In this document: positions 18,429 through 27,854 of the stretch, piece by piece
Layout: each line of letters starts with the position of its first letter
Position numbering within the stretch: the stretch's first letter is position 1
Made by a program: the position numbers and the translations under genes
Assembly: GCA_964629225.1 (NCBI GenBank)
Contig: CAZVQC010000007.1
Coordinates: 1,675-65,674 of the forward strand
Direction: 5' to 3'
Length of the DNA: 64,000 nt
Origin: an uncultured Ruminococcus sp.
GTDB lineage: Bacteria > Bacillota > Clostridia > Oscillospirales > CAG-272
Notes under the pieces: model-generated
What the model was told of the DNA's origin: nothing
Database searches by the model: none
Seen by the model: only the letters and a program-made list of their open reading frames with translations

Positions 18429-19616
18429 ATGACTTACAACAAGAAAACAGTTGAAGACATTGATGTCAGAGGAAAAAGAGTCCTTGTAAGATGCGATTTC
18501 AACGTGCCTATGAAGGACGGTGTCATCACGAATGACAACAGAATCGTCGGAGCGCTTCCCACCATTAAATACTTGGTCGAGAACGGAGCCAAGGTGATCC
18601 TTTGCTCCCACATGGGCAGACCCAAGGGCGAATTCAACATGCAGTACTCTCTCGCTCCCGTGGCAAAGAGACTTTCCGAGCTTTTGGGCAAGGAAGTCAC
18701 CATGGCTGCCGACGTTATCGGAGAGGATGCAAAATCCAAGGCGGCGGCACTTAAAGACGGTGAGCTCCTTCTCATCGAGAATGTTCGCTTCCACAAGGAA
18801 GAGACCGCAAACGATCCCGCTTTTGCAAAAGAACTCGCATCCATGGCGGACATCTTCGTTAACGATGCATTCGGTGCCGCTCACAGAGCACACGCTTCTA
18901 CAGCCGGCGTTGCCGCATATCTCCCTGCAGTTTGCGGATATCTTATCAAGAAAGAGATCACCATCATGGGTGATGCTCTTGAGAACCCCGTAAGACCCTT
19001 TGTTGCCATCCTGGGTGGCGCTAAGGTCTCAGATAAGATCGGCGTTATCAACAACCTTCTCGAAAAGGTAGATACTCTCATTATCGGCGGCGGCATGGCT
19101 TACACGTTCTTCAAGGCCTTCGGAAACGAGATCGGAACGTCCATCTGCGAAGAGGACAAGCTCGATCTGGCACGTGAGTTGGTTCAGAAGGCAAAGGAAA
19201 AGGGTGTTAATTTCCTTCTCCCCGTTGATAACATCATCGGCAGAGAGTACAAAGAGGACACCCCTTGCATGAGGATCTACTCCGACTCTATTCCCGACGG
19301 TTGGATGGGACTTGACATCGGTAAGACGACACAGGAGCTCTACTCCAAGACCATCATCGGTTCCGGCACAGTTATTTGGAACGGACCTATGGGCGTTTCC
19401 GAGTGGGATAACTTCGCATCCGGCACAGAGGCTGTCGCAAAGGCAGTTGCAGAGTCCGGCGCGGTTTCCATCATCGGCGGCGGCGATTCCGCAGCGGCTG
19501 TTGCAAAGCTCGGATATGCAGATAAGATGACCCACATTTCCACAGGCGGCGGCGCTTCCCTTGAATTCCTTGAGGGGCTTGAGCTTCCCGGTATCGCTTG
19601 CCTCCAGAATAAGTGA
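18429..19616 (+). CDS. pgk: Phosphoglycerate kinase
   Basis: 395 aa; [11 protein letters not shown] and the C-terminal [13 protein letters not shown] motif. Confidence 0.95.
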   Translation: MTYNKKTVEDIDVRGKRVLVRCDFNVPMKDGVITNDNRIVGALPTIKYLVENGAKVILCSHMGRPKGEFNMQYSLAPVAKRLSELLGKEVTMAADVIGEDAKSKAAALKDGELLLIENVRFHKEETANDPAFAKELASMADIFVNDAFGAAHRAHASTAGVAAYLPAVCGYLIKKEITIMGDALENPVRPFVAILGGAKVSDKIGVINNLLEKVDTLIIGGGMAYTFFKAFGNEIGTSICEEDKLDLARELVQKAKEKGVNFLLPVDNIIGREYKEDTPCMRIYSDSIPDGWMGLDIGKTTQELYSKTIIGSGTVIWNGPMGVSEWDNFASGTEAVAKAVAESGAVSIIGGGDSAAAVAKLGYADKMTHISTGGGASLEFLEGLELPGIACLQNK

Positions 19617-19636
19617 TCGGAAGAGAGGACATCGAA

Positions 19637-20404
19637 ATGGACAAGACAAAAAGACGTGTCGTTATCGCCGGCAACTGGAAGATGAACATGACTCCTTCCG
19701 AGGCTGTTGCGGCTATTAAAAAGACTGCCGAGCTGACAGAGGGCATGAACGGTTGTGACGTGGTACTTTGCGTTCCTTACGTCGATATTCCCGCATCCGT
19801 TGAGGCTGCGAAGGGAACTAACGTTAAGATCGGCGCCGAGAACATCCACTTTGAAGAAAAGGGTGCTTTCACAGGTGAAGTATCCGCCGCAATGCTCAAG
19901 GAGTGCGGTGTTGAATACGTTATCGTAGGTCACAGTGAAAGAAGACAGTATTTCGGTGAGACCGACGAGACTGTCAACAAGAGAGCGAAGGCCTCTCTTG
20001 CCGCAGGCTTCAAGACCATCGTTTGCCTTGGCGAAGTCAAGGATGAGAGACTCAGCGGCATCACAAACGAAGTAGTCTCCATGCAGACAAAACTTGATCT
20101 TGCGGGTATTTCCGCCGAGGATATGAAGAACGTTATCATCGCCTATGAGCCTGTGTGGGCAATAGGTACCGGACTTACCGCAACTCCCGAACAGGCTGAG
20201 GAGGTCTGCGCTCTCATAAGAGAGACAGTTGAAGGACTCTACGGCAAGGAAGTAGCCGACGGACTAACCGTTCAGTACGGAGGAAGCATGAACGATGCCA
20301 ATGCCGCAAGCCTTCTTGCAAAGCCCGACGTGGACGGTGGACTTATCGGCGGAGCATCTCTCGTTCCCGAAAAGTTCCTTAAGATAGTTGAGGCTGCTCA
20401 ATAA
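19637..20404 (+). CDS. tpiA: Triose-phosphate isomerase
   Basis: Motifs IAGNWKMN, VIVGHSERR and AYEPVWAIGTG. Start trimmed to ATG 19637. Confidence 0.95.
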   Translation: MDKTKRRVVIAGNWKMNMTPSEAVAAIKKTAELTEGMNGCDVVLCVPYVDIPASVEAAKGTNVKIGAENIHFEEKGAFTGEVSAAMLKECGVEYVIVGHSERRQYFGETDETVNKRAKASLAAGFKTIVCLGEVKDERLSGITNEVVSMQTKLDLAGISAEDMKNVIIAYEPVWAIGTGLTATPEQAEEVCALIRETVEGLYGKEVADGLTVQYGGSMNDANAASLLAKPDVDGGLIGGASLVPEKFLKIVEAAQ

Positions 20405-20425
20405 TTTCAATAGGTTCTACCAAAC

Positions 20426-20455
20426 GGGCTGCCGGGAGGCAGCCCGAAAATTTTG
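20426..20455 (+). terminator. Hairpin after tpiA (weak terminator)
   Basis: GGGCTGCC-GGGA-GGCAGCCC (20426-20445), followed by GAAAATTTT. Confidence 0.4.
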
Positions 20456-20473
20456 AAAAATTCGGAGATAACA

Positions 20474-21742
20474 ATGGAAACCATTCTTTGCCTGGGAGTG
20501 ATGCTGCTTTCGGGACTCATCATGTCAAGACTCATAAAGCCCCTGGGACTCCCCGCCGTTACTGCCTACCTTCTTGCGGGGATACTTATCGGGCCGTTTT
20601 TCCTCGGAAGGCTGGGCGTTGCGGGACTGGGATTTTCCACTCTTGAAAAAGTGGAGAGTTTCGGCCTTGTGTCGGATATCGCTCTCGGATTCATCGCATT
20701 TGCGATAGGAAACGAATTTCGCCTCTCTCAACTCAAGGAGACGGGAAAGCAGGCCACGGTCATCGGTATCATCCAAGCGCTCGTGGCAACACTGCTTGTG
20801 GATATCGCTCTCATTGCCGTCCATTTCATAGTAGGTGACAAACTGTCTCTTGCTGCCGCAATAACTCTCGGTGCCGTGGCATCGGCTACCGCCCCTGCCG
20901 CAACGCTCATGGTAGTAAGGCAGTACAAGGCCAAGGGAAAGCTGACGGATCTGCTCCTCCCCATAGTAGCCCTCGACGATGCTGTGGGGTTGGTGGTATT
21001 TGCAGTGTCCTTCGGCATTGCTCAGGCTCTGACGAGCGGCACGGTCAGCGTTACCTCCATAGTTGTGGAGCCTCTGATTGAGATAGTGCTCTCCTTAGCT
21101 CTCGGAGCGGCGATGGGCTTCATATTGAATTTTGCCGAAAAGTTCTTCCACTCCAGAAGTAAGAGGCTCTCCATTGCGGTGACCTTCGTGGTACTGTCGG
21201 TGGCGATATCCCTCATGTCCTTCCACATCGGCTCGGTCAAGGTCTCCTTCTCCTCGCTTCTCGTCTGCATGATGCTGGGAACGGTGTTCTGCAACCTTTG
21301 CGATTTTTCCGAGGAGTTGATGGACCGTTGTGACAGATGGACTGCACCGCTGTTCGTGCTGTTCTTCGTCCTCTCCGGTGCGGAGCTTGACTTCAGTGTC
21401 TTCTCCGACGTCGCTATCATCGCCGTGGGCGTTATCTACATCATCTTCCGCTCCGTCGGAAAATACGTGGGTGCCAGGGGCAGCGCAAAGCTGATGGGTT
21501 GTGATGAGAGCACGGTCAAGTACCTGGGCGTGACTCTTCTTCCCCAAGCAGGCGTTGCCCTCGGAATGTCGGTGACTGCCGCAAAATATCTGGGCAGTGA
21601 CGGAGACCTTATCAGGAACATCATCCTTTTCGGAGTCTTCATCTATGAGCTCATAGGACCCATGGCAACTAAGATCGCCCTTACCAAGGCGGGCAATATC
21701 GTTCCGGAGGAGCGCAAGAGTTCCAGAGGAGCGAAGGTCTGA
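20474..21742 (+). CDS. Cation:proton antiporter (CPA2/Kef-type membrane domain, no RCK domain seen)
   Basis: About 422 aa, 11-13 TM segments, typical Na+/H+ exchanger fold sequence. ATG 20474 is preceded by GGAG. The ORF-track TTG start at 20453 is less likely. Confidence 0.7.
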   Translation: METILCLGVMLLSGLIMSRLIKPLGLPAVTAYLLAGILIGPFFLGRLGVAGLGFSTLEKVESFGLVSDIALGFIAFAIGNEFRLSQLKETGKQATVIGIIQALVATLLVDIALIAVHFIVGDKLSLAAAITLGAVASATAPAATLMVVRQYKAKGKLTDLLLPIVALDDAVGLVVFAVSFGIAQALTSGTVSVTSIVVEPLIEIVLSLALGAAMGFILNFAEKFFHSRSKRLSIAVTFVVLSVAISLMSFHIGSVKVSFSSLLVCMMLGTVFCNLCDFSEELMDRCDRWTAPLFVLFFVLSGAELDFSVFSDVAIIAVGVIYIIFRSVGKYVGARGSAKLMGCDESTVKYLGVTLLPQAGVALGMSVTAAKYLGSDGDLIRNIILFGVFIYELIGPMATKIALTKAGNIVPEERKSSRGAKV

Positions 21743-21776
21743 CGGCTATCCGGACGACAAAAACAGCAAAAAGATC

Positions 21777-21811
21777 GGGGCTTGAAACACTGTTTCAAGC
21801 CCCTTGTTTTT
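21777..21811. terminator. Bidirectional intrinsic terminator between convergent genes
   Basis: GGGGCTTGAAA-CACTG-TTTCAAGCCCC, an 11-bp stem flanked by an A-run upstream and TTGTTTTT downstream. Confidence 0.8.
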
Positions 21812-21842
21812 CATTATTCGGGCATCGAAGATACCCATTTGA

Positions 21843-23276
21843 TCAATTGTCAAAAGACCCGGCTATAATTTCCGATCTTGTCCGGTAGTACCGATGCTTC
21901 TCAATGTACATCAGTCTTTCTGCCTCTCTCAGCATTCCGTCAAGGTCATCGCATTCTTTTTTCCAAATGTATCCTATGGAGGCGCTGATGTCTTCATCTT
22001 CTATGCTCCGTTTGAAGGAGTCTGTCTTGCGGACAAAATCGGTGGCTTCCACGTCGGGACAGATCACCACGAACTCATCTCCGCCGATACGGTAACAGCA
22101 TTCTCCGAAAGTGCTTGAGAGAAGCCGTGACACACTTTTTATGAATTCATCTCCGGATTCGTGGGATCTGGAGTCGTTCATCTGCTTCAGTCCGTTAAGA
22201 TCCACATATGCAATGCCGATATCGGTAGGTCTTTCGGCACGGAGGAAGTTCAAGGTCTCGGTGTATTTCCGCCGGTTATAGAGAGACGTCAGCATATCCC
22301 GGTAACTGAGAAAATCAAGCTGCTCGTTCTTCTTTTCGATCTCGTTGTTACTTTGCTGAAGCTTTCTTATCATTTTCGTGTTCCACGCAAAGTAAAAGAG
22401 AAGAAGCAGGACTTGGACCGTTCCGGATATGATGAACTTTTGTCTGAGGCTTGCGACGTTTGAGAACAGCACGCTCTCTTCCGCGAATACCGCTATTTGC
22501 CAGTCGAACATTCCGAAGGGAGTGTAGTACATGTAGATGTCGTTCCCGGTGGTCTTTGAAACAAAGGCGATGGCTCCGGTCTCGTGATTCTTGATGGCGG
22601 CTTTGAGGTCTGTATCCTCAAACCCCTCGACACGCTCTCGCTCTTCCATTTCGAAGGCATTCCCAAGTTCTGTGTGCCAACTGTCCATAATGTAGTTGCC
22701 GTCATCGGAATCTATCATGCAGATGTTGGCAGCCCCATTGTAGATGACCGGTCTGAACAGGTCGGTCAAAGTGGTAAGGTCGATGACTCCGATCAGTACT
22801 GCGGAGATCTCATTGTCTATGATGACGGGGAGAACATAGTAGACGCAGGGCATCTCGGTCAAAAAGTCGGTCTTTCTGTCTGTGAGGTACTCGCCCTTTG
22901 CTACGATCCTGTCATAGTTGATCTCTTTGTCGACCTCAATGACCTTTCCGTCGGATACGAGGGTATTGTCCGGGTAGAGGATATCGATACGGGCGAACAT
23001 CGTGGCATCCTTCAGCTCGTTGATGTAGAGGCTGGATACTTCGGTATATGAGTTCATATGGCCGTTGACTATGACGGTCTCGATCAAATGAAGTTTTGAT
23101 ATCTCGTCGGTGAATTTGATGGTGATCTCATTTGCGGTGTCCTGTACGGTGGTCTCAAGTTCCCGCCAACAGCGCTCCTCTTCTTTCACCAGTATCCCGG
23201 CGTACAACTGCTGTGAAATGATCACGGTCACGATTGCTATGCACAGCAGCGGAAGAATGTGTTTTGAAAATTTCAT
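21843..23276 (-). CDS. Diguanylate cyclase: signal-anchor, extracytoplasmic Cache-like sensor, TM, GGDEF
   Basis: 477 aa. The C-terminal GGDEF domain has an intact RIGGDEFVV and YNRRKY. I see no RxxD I-site 5 residues upstream. Confidence 0.85.
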   Translation of the reverse strand: MKFSKHILPLLCIAIVTVIISQQLYAGILVKEEERCWRELETTVQDTANEITIKFTDEISKLHLIETVIVNGHMNSYTEVSSLYINELKDATMFARIDILYPDNTLVSDGKVIEVDKEINYDRIVAKGEYLTDRKTDFLTEMPCVYYVLPVIIDNEISAVLIGVIDLTTLTDLFRPVIYNGAANICMIDSDDGNYIMDSWHTELGNAFEMEERERVEGFEDTDLKAAIKNHETGAIAFVSKTTGNDIYMYYTPFGMFDWQIAVFAEESVLFSNVASLRQKFIISGTVQVLLLLFYFAWNTKMIRKLQQSNNEIEKKNEQLDFLSYRDMLTSLYNRRKYTETLNFLRAERPTDIGIAYVDLNGLKQMNDSRSHESGDEFIKSVSRLLSSTFGECCYRIGGDEFVVICPDVEATDFVRKTDSFKRSIEDEDISASIGYIWKKECDDLDGMLREAERLMYIEKHRYYRTRSEIIAGSFDN

Positions 23277-23392
23277 TTTTATCTCCGTGCCGAAATGTTT
23301 TTATCATGGAGCAATAATGCTCCGGTAGTTACGATGCTTGCAGGGTCATTTGCCTAAGAAGTCAAGACGGAATGCGCGACATCCGTTACATT

Positions 23393-23421
23393 AGTATAGC
23401 ACCATTGTCGGACGGTGGCAA
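23393..23421 (-). promoter_or_regulatory. Predicted sigma-A promoter of the GGDEF gene
   Basis: On the minus strand: TTGCCA (23421-23416), 17-nt spacer, TATACT (23398-23393). AT-rich UP-like region upstream. Leader of about 115 nt. Confidence 0.5.
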
Positions 23422-23851
23422 TACCCTAGACAAATATTATCGAATAAAAATACAAAAAAATGTTGTTATTTACCTGTTATTGCCAAGCAAATTCCAGCTT
23501 TTGCATTTTATTCCCATCTGTTGGCATTTTTGATGGGCAACTGTAAAAAGGCGAATCTTGCAAGACGAAATTTGCTCTGTAATATGAGAGGCGTACATTG
23601 AGCGAAAACAGAATCCGGTCAGGTGGAGAAAGCGCAAAGCTCGGTCAAAGTATCCGGAGACCTTCTACGGTTCGCAGATGCTCGGATAGGTCGGTTAAGG
23701 CGGGTAAGCGACTCGGTGGTCGCCGATATGCAGGAGTCGGAACGGTTTGAAGGGACAGCCGACGTCAACGCTCTGTAAAGGGAATTTCAGCCCGTTTTCG
23801 GCGCTGCCGAGCTATGGGTGGTGATTCTCTCGCGGAGTCCAAGAATATCGC

Positions 23852-23903
23852 AAAAAAGCCGCTTTTAAGCGGCGAGAGACCGCCTTTGAATGAAGGCGGT
23901 CTC
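23852..23903 (-). terminator. Tandem hairpins / intrinsic terminator ending the riboswitch-controlled operon
   Basis: On the minus strand: GAGACCGCC-N-GGCGGTCTC, then GCCGC-TTAAAA-GCGGC followed by TTTTTTG. Confidence 0.7.
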
Positions 23904-23910
23904 CAATGTT

Positions 23911-23972
23911 ATTCGGCGCAGCTATTCGGCGCAGCTATTCGGCGCAGCTATTCGGCGCAGCTATTCGGCGGT
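23911..23972. repeat. 13-bp tandem repeat, 4 full copies plus a partial fifth, spanning the stop codon of the EAL gene
   Basis: ATTCGGCGCAGCT starts at 23911, 23924, 23937, 23950 and 23963 (the last is partial). The TAG stop (23935-23937) and the last 12 codons (DRRIAAPNSCAE) are made of repeat units. Confidence 0.9.
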
Positions 23973-25893
23973 CGGTAACGTCGCATCTTGAAAGTATCAA
24001 TTTTTCACACTCGGATATCGGGAGGACTCTTGCAATGTAGAAGCCTTGCATCATGTCGCATCCGATGCCGCGAAGAAAGTTTGACTGCTCGGCGTTCTCT
24101 ACTCCCTCACAGATTACCGTGGCACCGGAATTGTGGACGAGGGATACGATATCCCGAAGCATCTGACGGCGGCGGGATGTCTTGAATGAGGCGAGTAAGT
24201 CCTTCTCTATCTTGACGGTATCGATCTCGTTATCGTAGATGTCCGCAAGGGAGGAAAAACCCGCTCCCATGTCGTCGATCGCCACTTTGAATCCAAGTTT
24301 TTTTACGAATTCTATGTTCTTCGACACCGTGGCGGAATCGGTGCTTAGCAGATCCTCCGTGACCTCGATGACAAGGCGGCTGTGGGAAAAATTATATTCT
24401 GCCGCAATAGCGGAGATATTTTTTGCGTAGTCCTCTTTTGAAAAAGAGAGCCTTGTGAAATTGCAGGTGATAAAGAGCCTGTCAAGGGGCGGCTTTGACC
24501 AGCTTGCAAGCTTTTCACAGGCGGCCTTGAAGATCAAAAGGTCGTGCTCCACTATCATGCCCGTTCTGCTCAGGATCGGAATGTATTCGTGGGGGTGAAG
24601 GAGACCGTAGTCCCTGTTATGCCAGCGTGACAGCATCTCTCCACCGCAGAACCGGCCGTTCTTACAGTCGAAGATCAGTTGCATATAGGGGCGAAACTCT
24701 TCGTTTTCAAGGGCAGAGCTGAGTCCGGATGAGAGTTTTTGAGCCTTTTTGACCTCTGCTATCTGTTTGTCGGAGCCGAGGTGGTAGGGAAGGTCGTTTG
24801 CCTCGGCGTACAGGTAGCCCAGTTTCGCATTGTAGAGAAGTCTTTCCGTATCAGCCCCCGGATGCTCGCACATACGGCAGTATCCCGCTCTGAAGAGAGG
24901 AACCCGGTTCATGGCGAACTGAGCTACGTATTTGTTGACTCCCTCCACTGCTTCTGCGATCCGTCTCTCGGCGGTGTTTTCGTTTTCCGCCTGGTACAGG
25001 AAGGCAAAGACCCCGTTTCCGAGGTGGGCTACGTACTCGGTCGCAGCGGTGTAGCCGGTGAGTTTCACCGCAGCGTATTTTGCCGCATCCCGAAGGGAGA
25101 GTGTTGCCGAGAGCGCTTCAAGTGCCTTTTCGTCGATGCCGACATAAGCAAGACAGTAGAGTCCCCGTGACTGCTCCGAAATGAGGTTGCCGAGAACGTA
25201 ATTACAGTAGTCTCCGTTCCCCACTCCGGTATCCTCGTCTATCAGTGCATCAAGCTCGCTTGTGCGTCGGCTTTTTCGGATGACTGCGATAGCGGTGATG
25301 AGTACCGATATCATAACGGTGGCGGTAAGAGCGGAGATAAGAAGGATCCGCTGTGCGCGGGTCATATCCCTTCCTTCGGTGGCGGTATCGATGATGATAC
25401 CGGCCTTTTCATTATCCGGGATGGTCTGCAGAGCGCCTTCGATCTTATTTTTCAGTTCCACGGAGGCGATGGAGGTAAGACCGATGCCGTAGCTCACTGT
25501 TTCTCCGTTACGCTCGGCGGTTATGAAGGACACTTCTCTGACATTCGAAAAGGCCTCGCTTCCGATGACGATACCGGATACTATCTCCACCTGACCGTTT
25601 TTGACAAGGCTCTTCTGCCTGTTTTCGCTTCCCGAGGAGATGTAGGTGAAGTCGATGCCTGTAAGATCCGAGATCCTTTCAAGCATATCCGGGATAACGC
25701 CTTTGTATTCTCCGGTGTCTCTGTCATAATACTCTATCGGGTAGTTGTCGGGGTTCCCCGCAACGAACACGGAAACGGCGTTTCCTCCACCCGACGGCTC
25801 AGCCGTCACCGATGCCGAGACTCCGCTTGCCGATACGATCGCCACAAGAAGGGATATTGCGGCAATTACGGTCGCTTTAATACTTTTGTTCAT
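23935..25893 (-). CDS. Signal peptide, periplasmic solute-binding-like domain, TM, degenerate GGDEF, EAL domain protein (c-di-GMP phosphodiesterase or receptor)
   Basis: 652 aa. The GGDEF position reads HLGNGVFAF (degenerate). The EAL domain has EMLSRW (EAL position), IEVTED, AIDDMGAGFSSL and ICEGVENAEQ...MQGFY. Confidence 0.8.
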   Translation of the reverse strand: MNKSIKATVIAAISLLVAIVSASGVSASVTAEPSGGGNAVSVFVAGNPDNYPIEYYDRDTGEYKGVIPDMLERISDLTGIDFTYISSGSENRQKSLVKNGQVEIVSGIVIGSEAFSNVREVSFITAERNGETVSYGIGLTSIASVELKNKIEGALQTIPDNEKAGIIIDTATEGRDMTRAQRILLISALTATVMISVLITAIAVIRKSRRTSELDALIDEDTGVGNGDYCNYVLGNLISEQSRGLYCLAYVGIDEKALEALSATLSLRDAAKYAAVKLTGYTAATEYVAHLGNGVFAFLYQAENENTAERRIAEAVEGVNKYVAQFAMNRVPLFRAGYCRMCEHPGADTERLLYNAKLGYLYAEANDLPYHLGSDKQIAEVKKAQKLSSGLSSALENEEFRPYMQLIFDCKNGRFCGGEMLSRWHNRDYGLLHPHEYIPILSRTGMIVEHDLLIFKAACEKLASWSKPPLDRLFITCNFTRLSFSKEDYAKNISAIAAEYNFSHSRLVIEVTEDLLSTDSATVSKNIEFVKKLGFKVAIDDMGAGFSSLADIYDNEIDTVKIEKDLLASFKTSRRRQMLRDIVSLVHNSGATVICEGVENAEQSNFLRGIGCDMMQGFYIARVLPISECEKLILSRCDVTDRRIAAPNSCAE

Positions 25894-26440
25894 CGGCTTC
25901 GGTTTCCAATGCGGAGATCTTGCCTTCCGCTATTGAGAGCTTTGTTTCGGTCTCTTCAAGGACGGAAGAGATCTCGTTCTTAACTCTCGATACCTTTCTT
26001 GAGTACTCGGCAAGTCTTGCTTTTTCAAGTTCATTTTTCCTTCGGTTCTCTTCAATGAAGGCTTCGTTTTCACGGATGGACTTTTCTCTTAATATCCGTG
26101 CAAATTCCTTTGCCTCCGCTAACATCGCAGCGATCTCCTCGGCCAGGGCGAGCTGCTTATCCGTGTCGGTACGGTAGTTCTCGTTTTCCTCGGTCAGCTT
26201 TTTTATGAGGGCTTCTTTTTCGGTGATCTCTCTTTTGAGGACGTCATTTTCTCCCTCAAGACACATCAGCTTCTCGCTTAGCTCCGTGTTTTTTGCGTTG
26301 AGTTCCGAGATGGTCGACTGTCTGTCTTTTTTAGCGTCTTCGACCTTTTGGGAGCAGACTCGGTTAAGATCGGCAATGTACTCATAGACACTGCTTTTTT
26401 TGAACCCGAAAAGTCCGCTCTTCATATTATTCAGTTCCAT
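25877..26440 (-). CDS. Coiled-coil protein with DivIVA-like N-terminal motif
   Basis: 187 aa. GLFGFKKSSVYEYIADLN is followed by heptad-rich sequence. Its 3' end overlaps the next gene's start by 17 nt. Confidence 0.5.
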   Translation of the reverse strand: MELNNMKSGLFGFKKSSVYEYIADLNRVCSQKVEDAKKDRQSTISELNAKNTELSEKLMCLEGENDVLKREITEKEALIKKLTEENENYRTDTDKQLALAEEIAAMLAEAKEFARILREKSIRENEAFIEENRRKNELEKARLAEYSRKVSRVKNEISSVLEETETKLSIAEGKISALETEADEQKY

Positions 26441-26450
26441 TTTGATCTCC

Positions 26451-27854
26451 TTATTTGAAATTGATCTTTTTGCGCTCTATCCTTCCCCATTGCAGTTTCT
26501 TTCTTCTGTAGCCGACGAATGACAGCCCCCTGACCCAAGCAAGGATGAAGCGAAGGAAGGTTATCTCAAACAGACACAGAAGGCAGGCCTTAAGGGCATC
26601 CCCAAAGGAGACCTTCAAGTCCGATGTGTAGATGCGGGAGAAGAAGGCTGTCAGTGACAGAACGCTCCCGAACACCGCGTAAATGAGGAAGAACAGTATC
26701 ATGAACGGTACGTTGATCAGATCTACCAGATAGGCGAGCACCACGGTAAGTACTCCGAATATCTCGATGTAGGGTGACAAAAGCTCGTAGAGCAGAAAAT
26801 AGAAGTAGGAAATGAAGCTTACAACACCGAATTTCGGATTGAACAGTATCCTTCGGTGCTTGTGCATGCTTTGGAAAAGTCCCAAGTGCCACCGTTTTCG
26901 CTGCTTTTTTAAGTCCCTCATTGTCTCCGGTGCCTGAGTCCAGCAGATGGCATCGGTGGCATAGCAGATGCAGTAGTCCATGTTGTTGATCCGACAGTAT
27001 TCATGGAGCTTCACCACAAGTTCCATGTCCTCGCCGAGAGTATTGCTATCATACCCGCCGGCGGCTACCACCACGTCTTTCTTGAAAAGCCCGAAAGCAC
27101 CGGATATGATGAGCGAACCGTTGAATTTGTCAAACAGTATCCTCGATGCCAAGAAGGAGCGGTCATACTCCAGCACCTGCATGGCGGCAATGATGTTCCT
27201 TGGAAGGCGGTAGCTCTTTACTCGGCAATTCTCAAGTTCCACGTCGTTTGAGAGGCGGATGAGCCCGCCGACAGCCACCACGTTTTTCTTTTGCAAAATA
27301 GGCTCGGTTATGTTCTTGAGTGAATCGTATTGAAGTACCGAGTCCGCATCCATGCAGATAAAATAGGGATAGTTTGCCGCATTGATACCCATGTTAAGCG
27401 CATCTGCCTTGCCGCCGTTCTTTTTTCTTATGACGGTGAGAGGCACCTTCGTGTCCGAGGTCTCGTAGATGAACTCCTCCGGCTGACAGGATATCTGCCT
27501 TCGTATGGGGCGGTCTACCGGATGCATGGAAAAGGCGGTTATCACCTCCGATGCGGTGTTGTCCGTGGATCCGTCATCCACCACGATGATCTCATACAAT
27601 TTGTAATCAAGCTGCAAAAGTGACTTCACCGTTTCCACAACGGTCAATTCCTCATTGTAAGCGGGGACGACGATGGTTATCGGCACGAAGTAATCGCTTG
27701 GCAGGATGTTTTGAAGCTGCTTTTGCCTGTGGAGCTTGTAGAGCTCCGAGGAGCCCACCACCACCGACAGAAAGAGGAACGTGGAGTATCCTATGAGGTA
27801 GATGAGAAAAAATACCCCGACTCCTTTGAGAAACGGATCGATAAGACCTGTCAT
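26451..27854 (-). CDS. Processive family-2 glycosyltransferase (PgaC/IcaA/BcsA-like polysaccharide synthase)
   Basis: 467 aa with N- and C-terminal TM bundles. Motifs VVDDGSTDNT, CMDADS (DxD), LGEDMEL and QRKRW (QxxRW). No PilZ domain after the last TM. Confidence 0.85.
   Translation of the reverse strand: MTGLIDPFLKGVGVFFLIYLIGYSTFLFLSVVVGSSELYKLHRQKQLQNILPSDYFVPITIVVPAYNEELTVVETVKSLLQLDYKLYEIIVVDDGSTDNTASEVITAFSMHPVDRPIRRQISCQPEEFIYETSDTKVPLTVIRKKNGGKADALNMGINAANYPYFICMDADSVLQYDSLKNITEPILQKKNVVAVGGLIRLSNDVELENCRVKSYRLPRNIIAAMQVLEYDRSFLASRILFDKFNGSLIISGAFGLFKKDVVVAAGGYDSNTLGEDMELVVKLHEYCRINNMDYCICYATDAICWTQAPETMRDLKKQRKRWHLGLFQSMHKHRRILFNPKFGVVSFISYFYFLLYELLSPYIEIFGVLTVVLAYLVDLINVPFMILFFLIYAVFGSVLSLTAFFSRIYTSDLKVSFGDALKACLLCLFEITFLRFILAWVRGLSFVGYRRKKLQWGRIERKKINFK

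Noticed and set aside
23632-23640. GCGCAAAGC on the plus strand at 23632-23640, and GCGCAAAGCC on the minus strand at 58425-58433, considered as possible additional GEMM-I riboswitches. CCGCAAAG in the EAL leader near 35480 was considered too.
   Set aside because: None is preceded by GGCAAAC plus a GNRA-capped hairpin, and none has a tetraloop receptor. The plus-strand element also has no downstream gene. They resemble only one short piece of the consensus.
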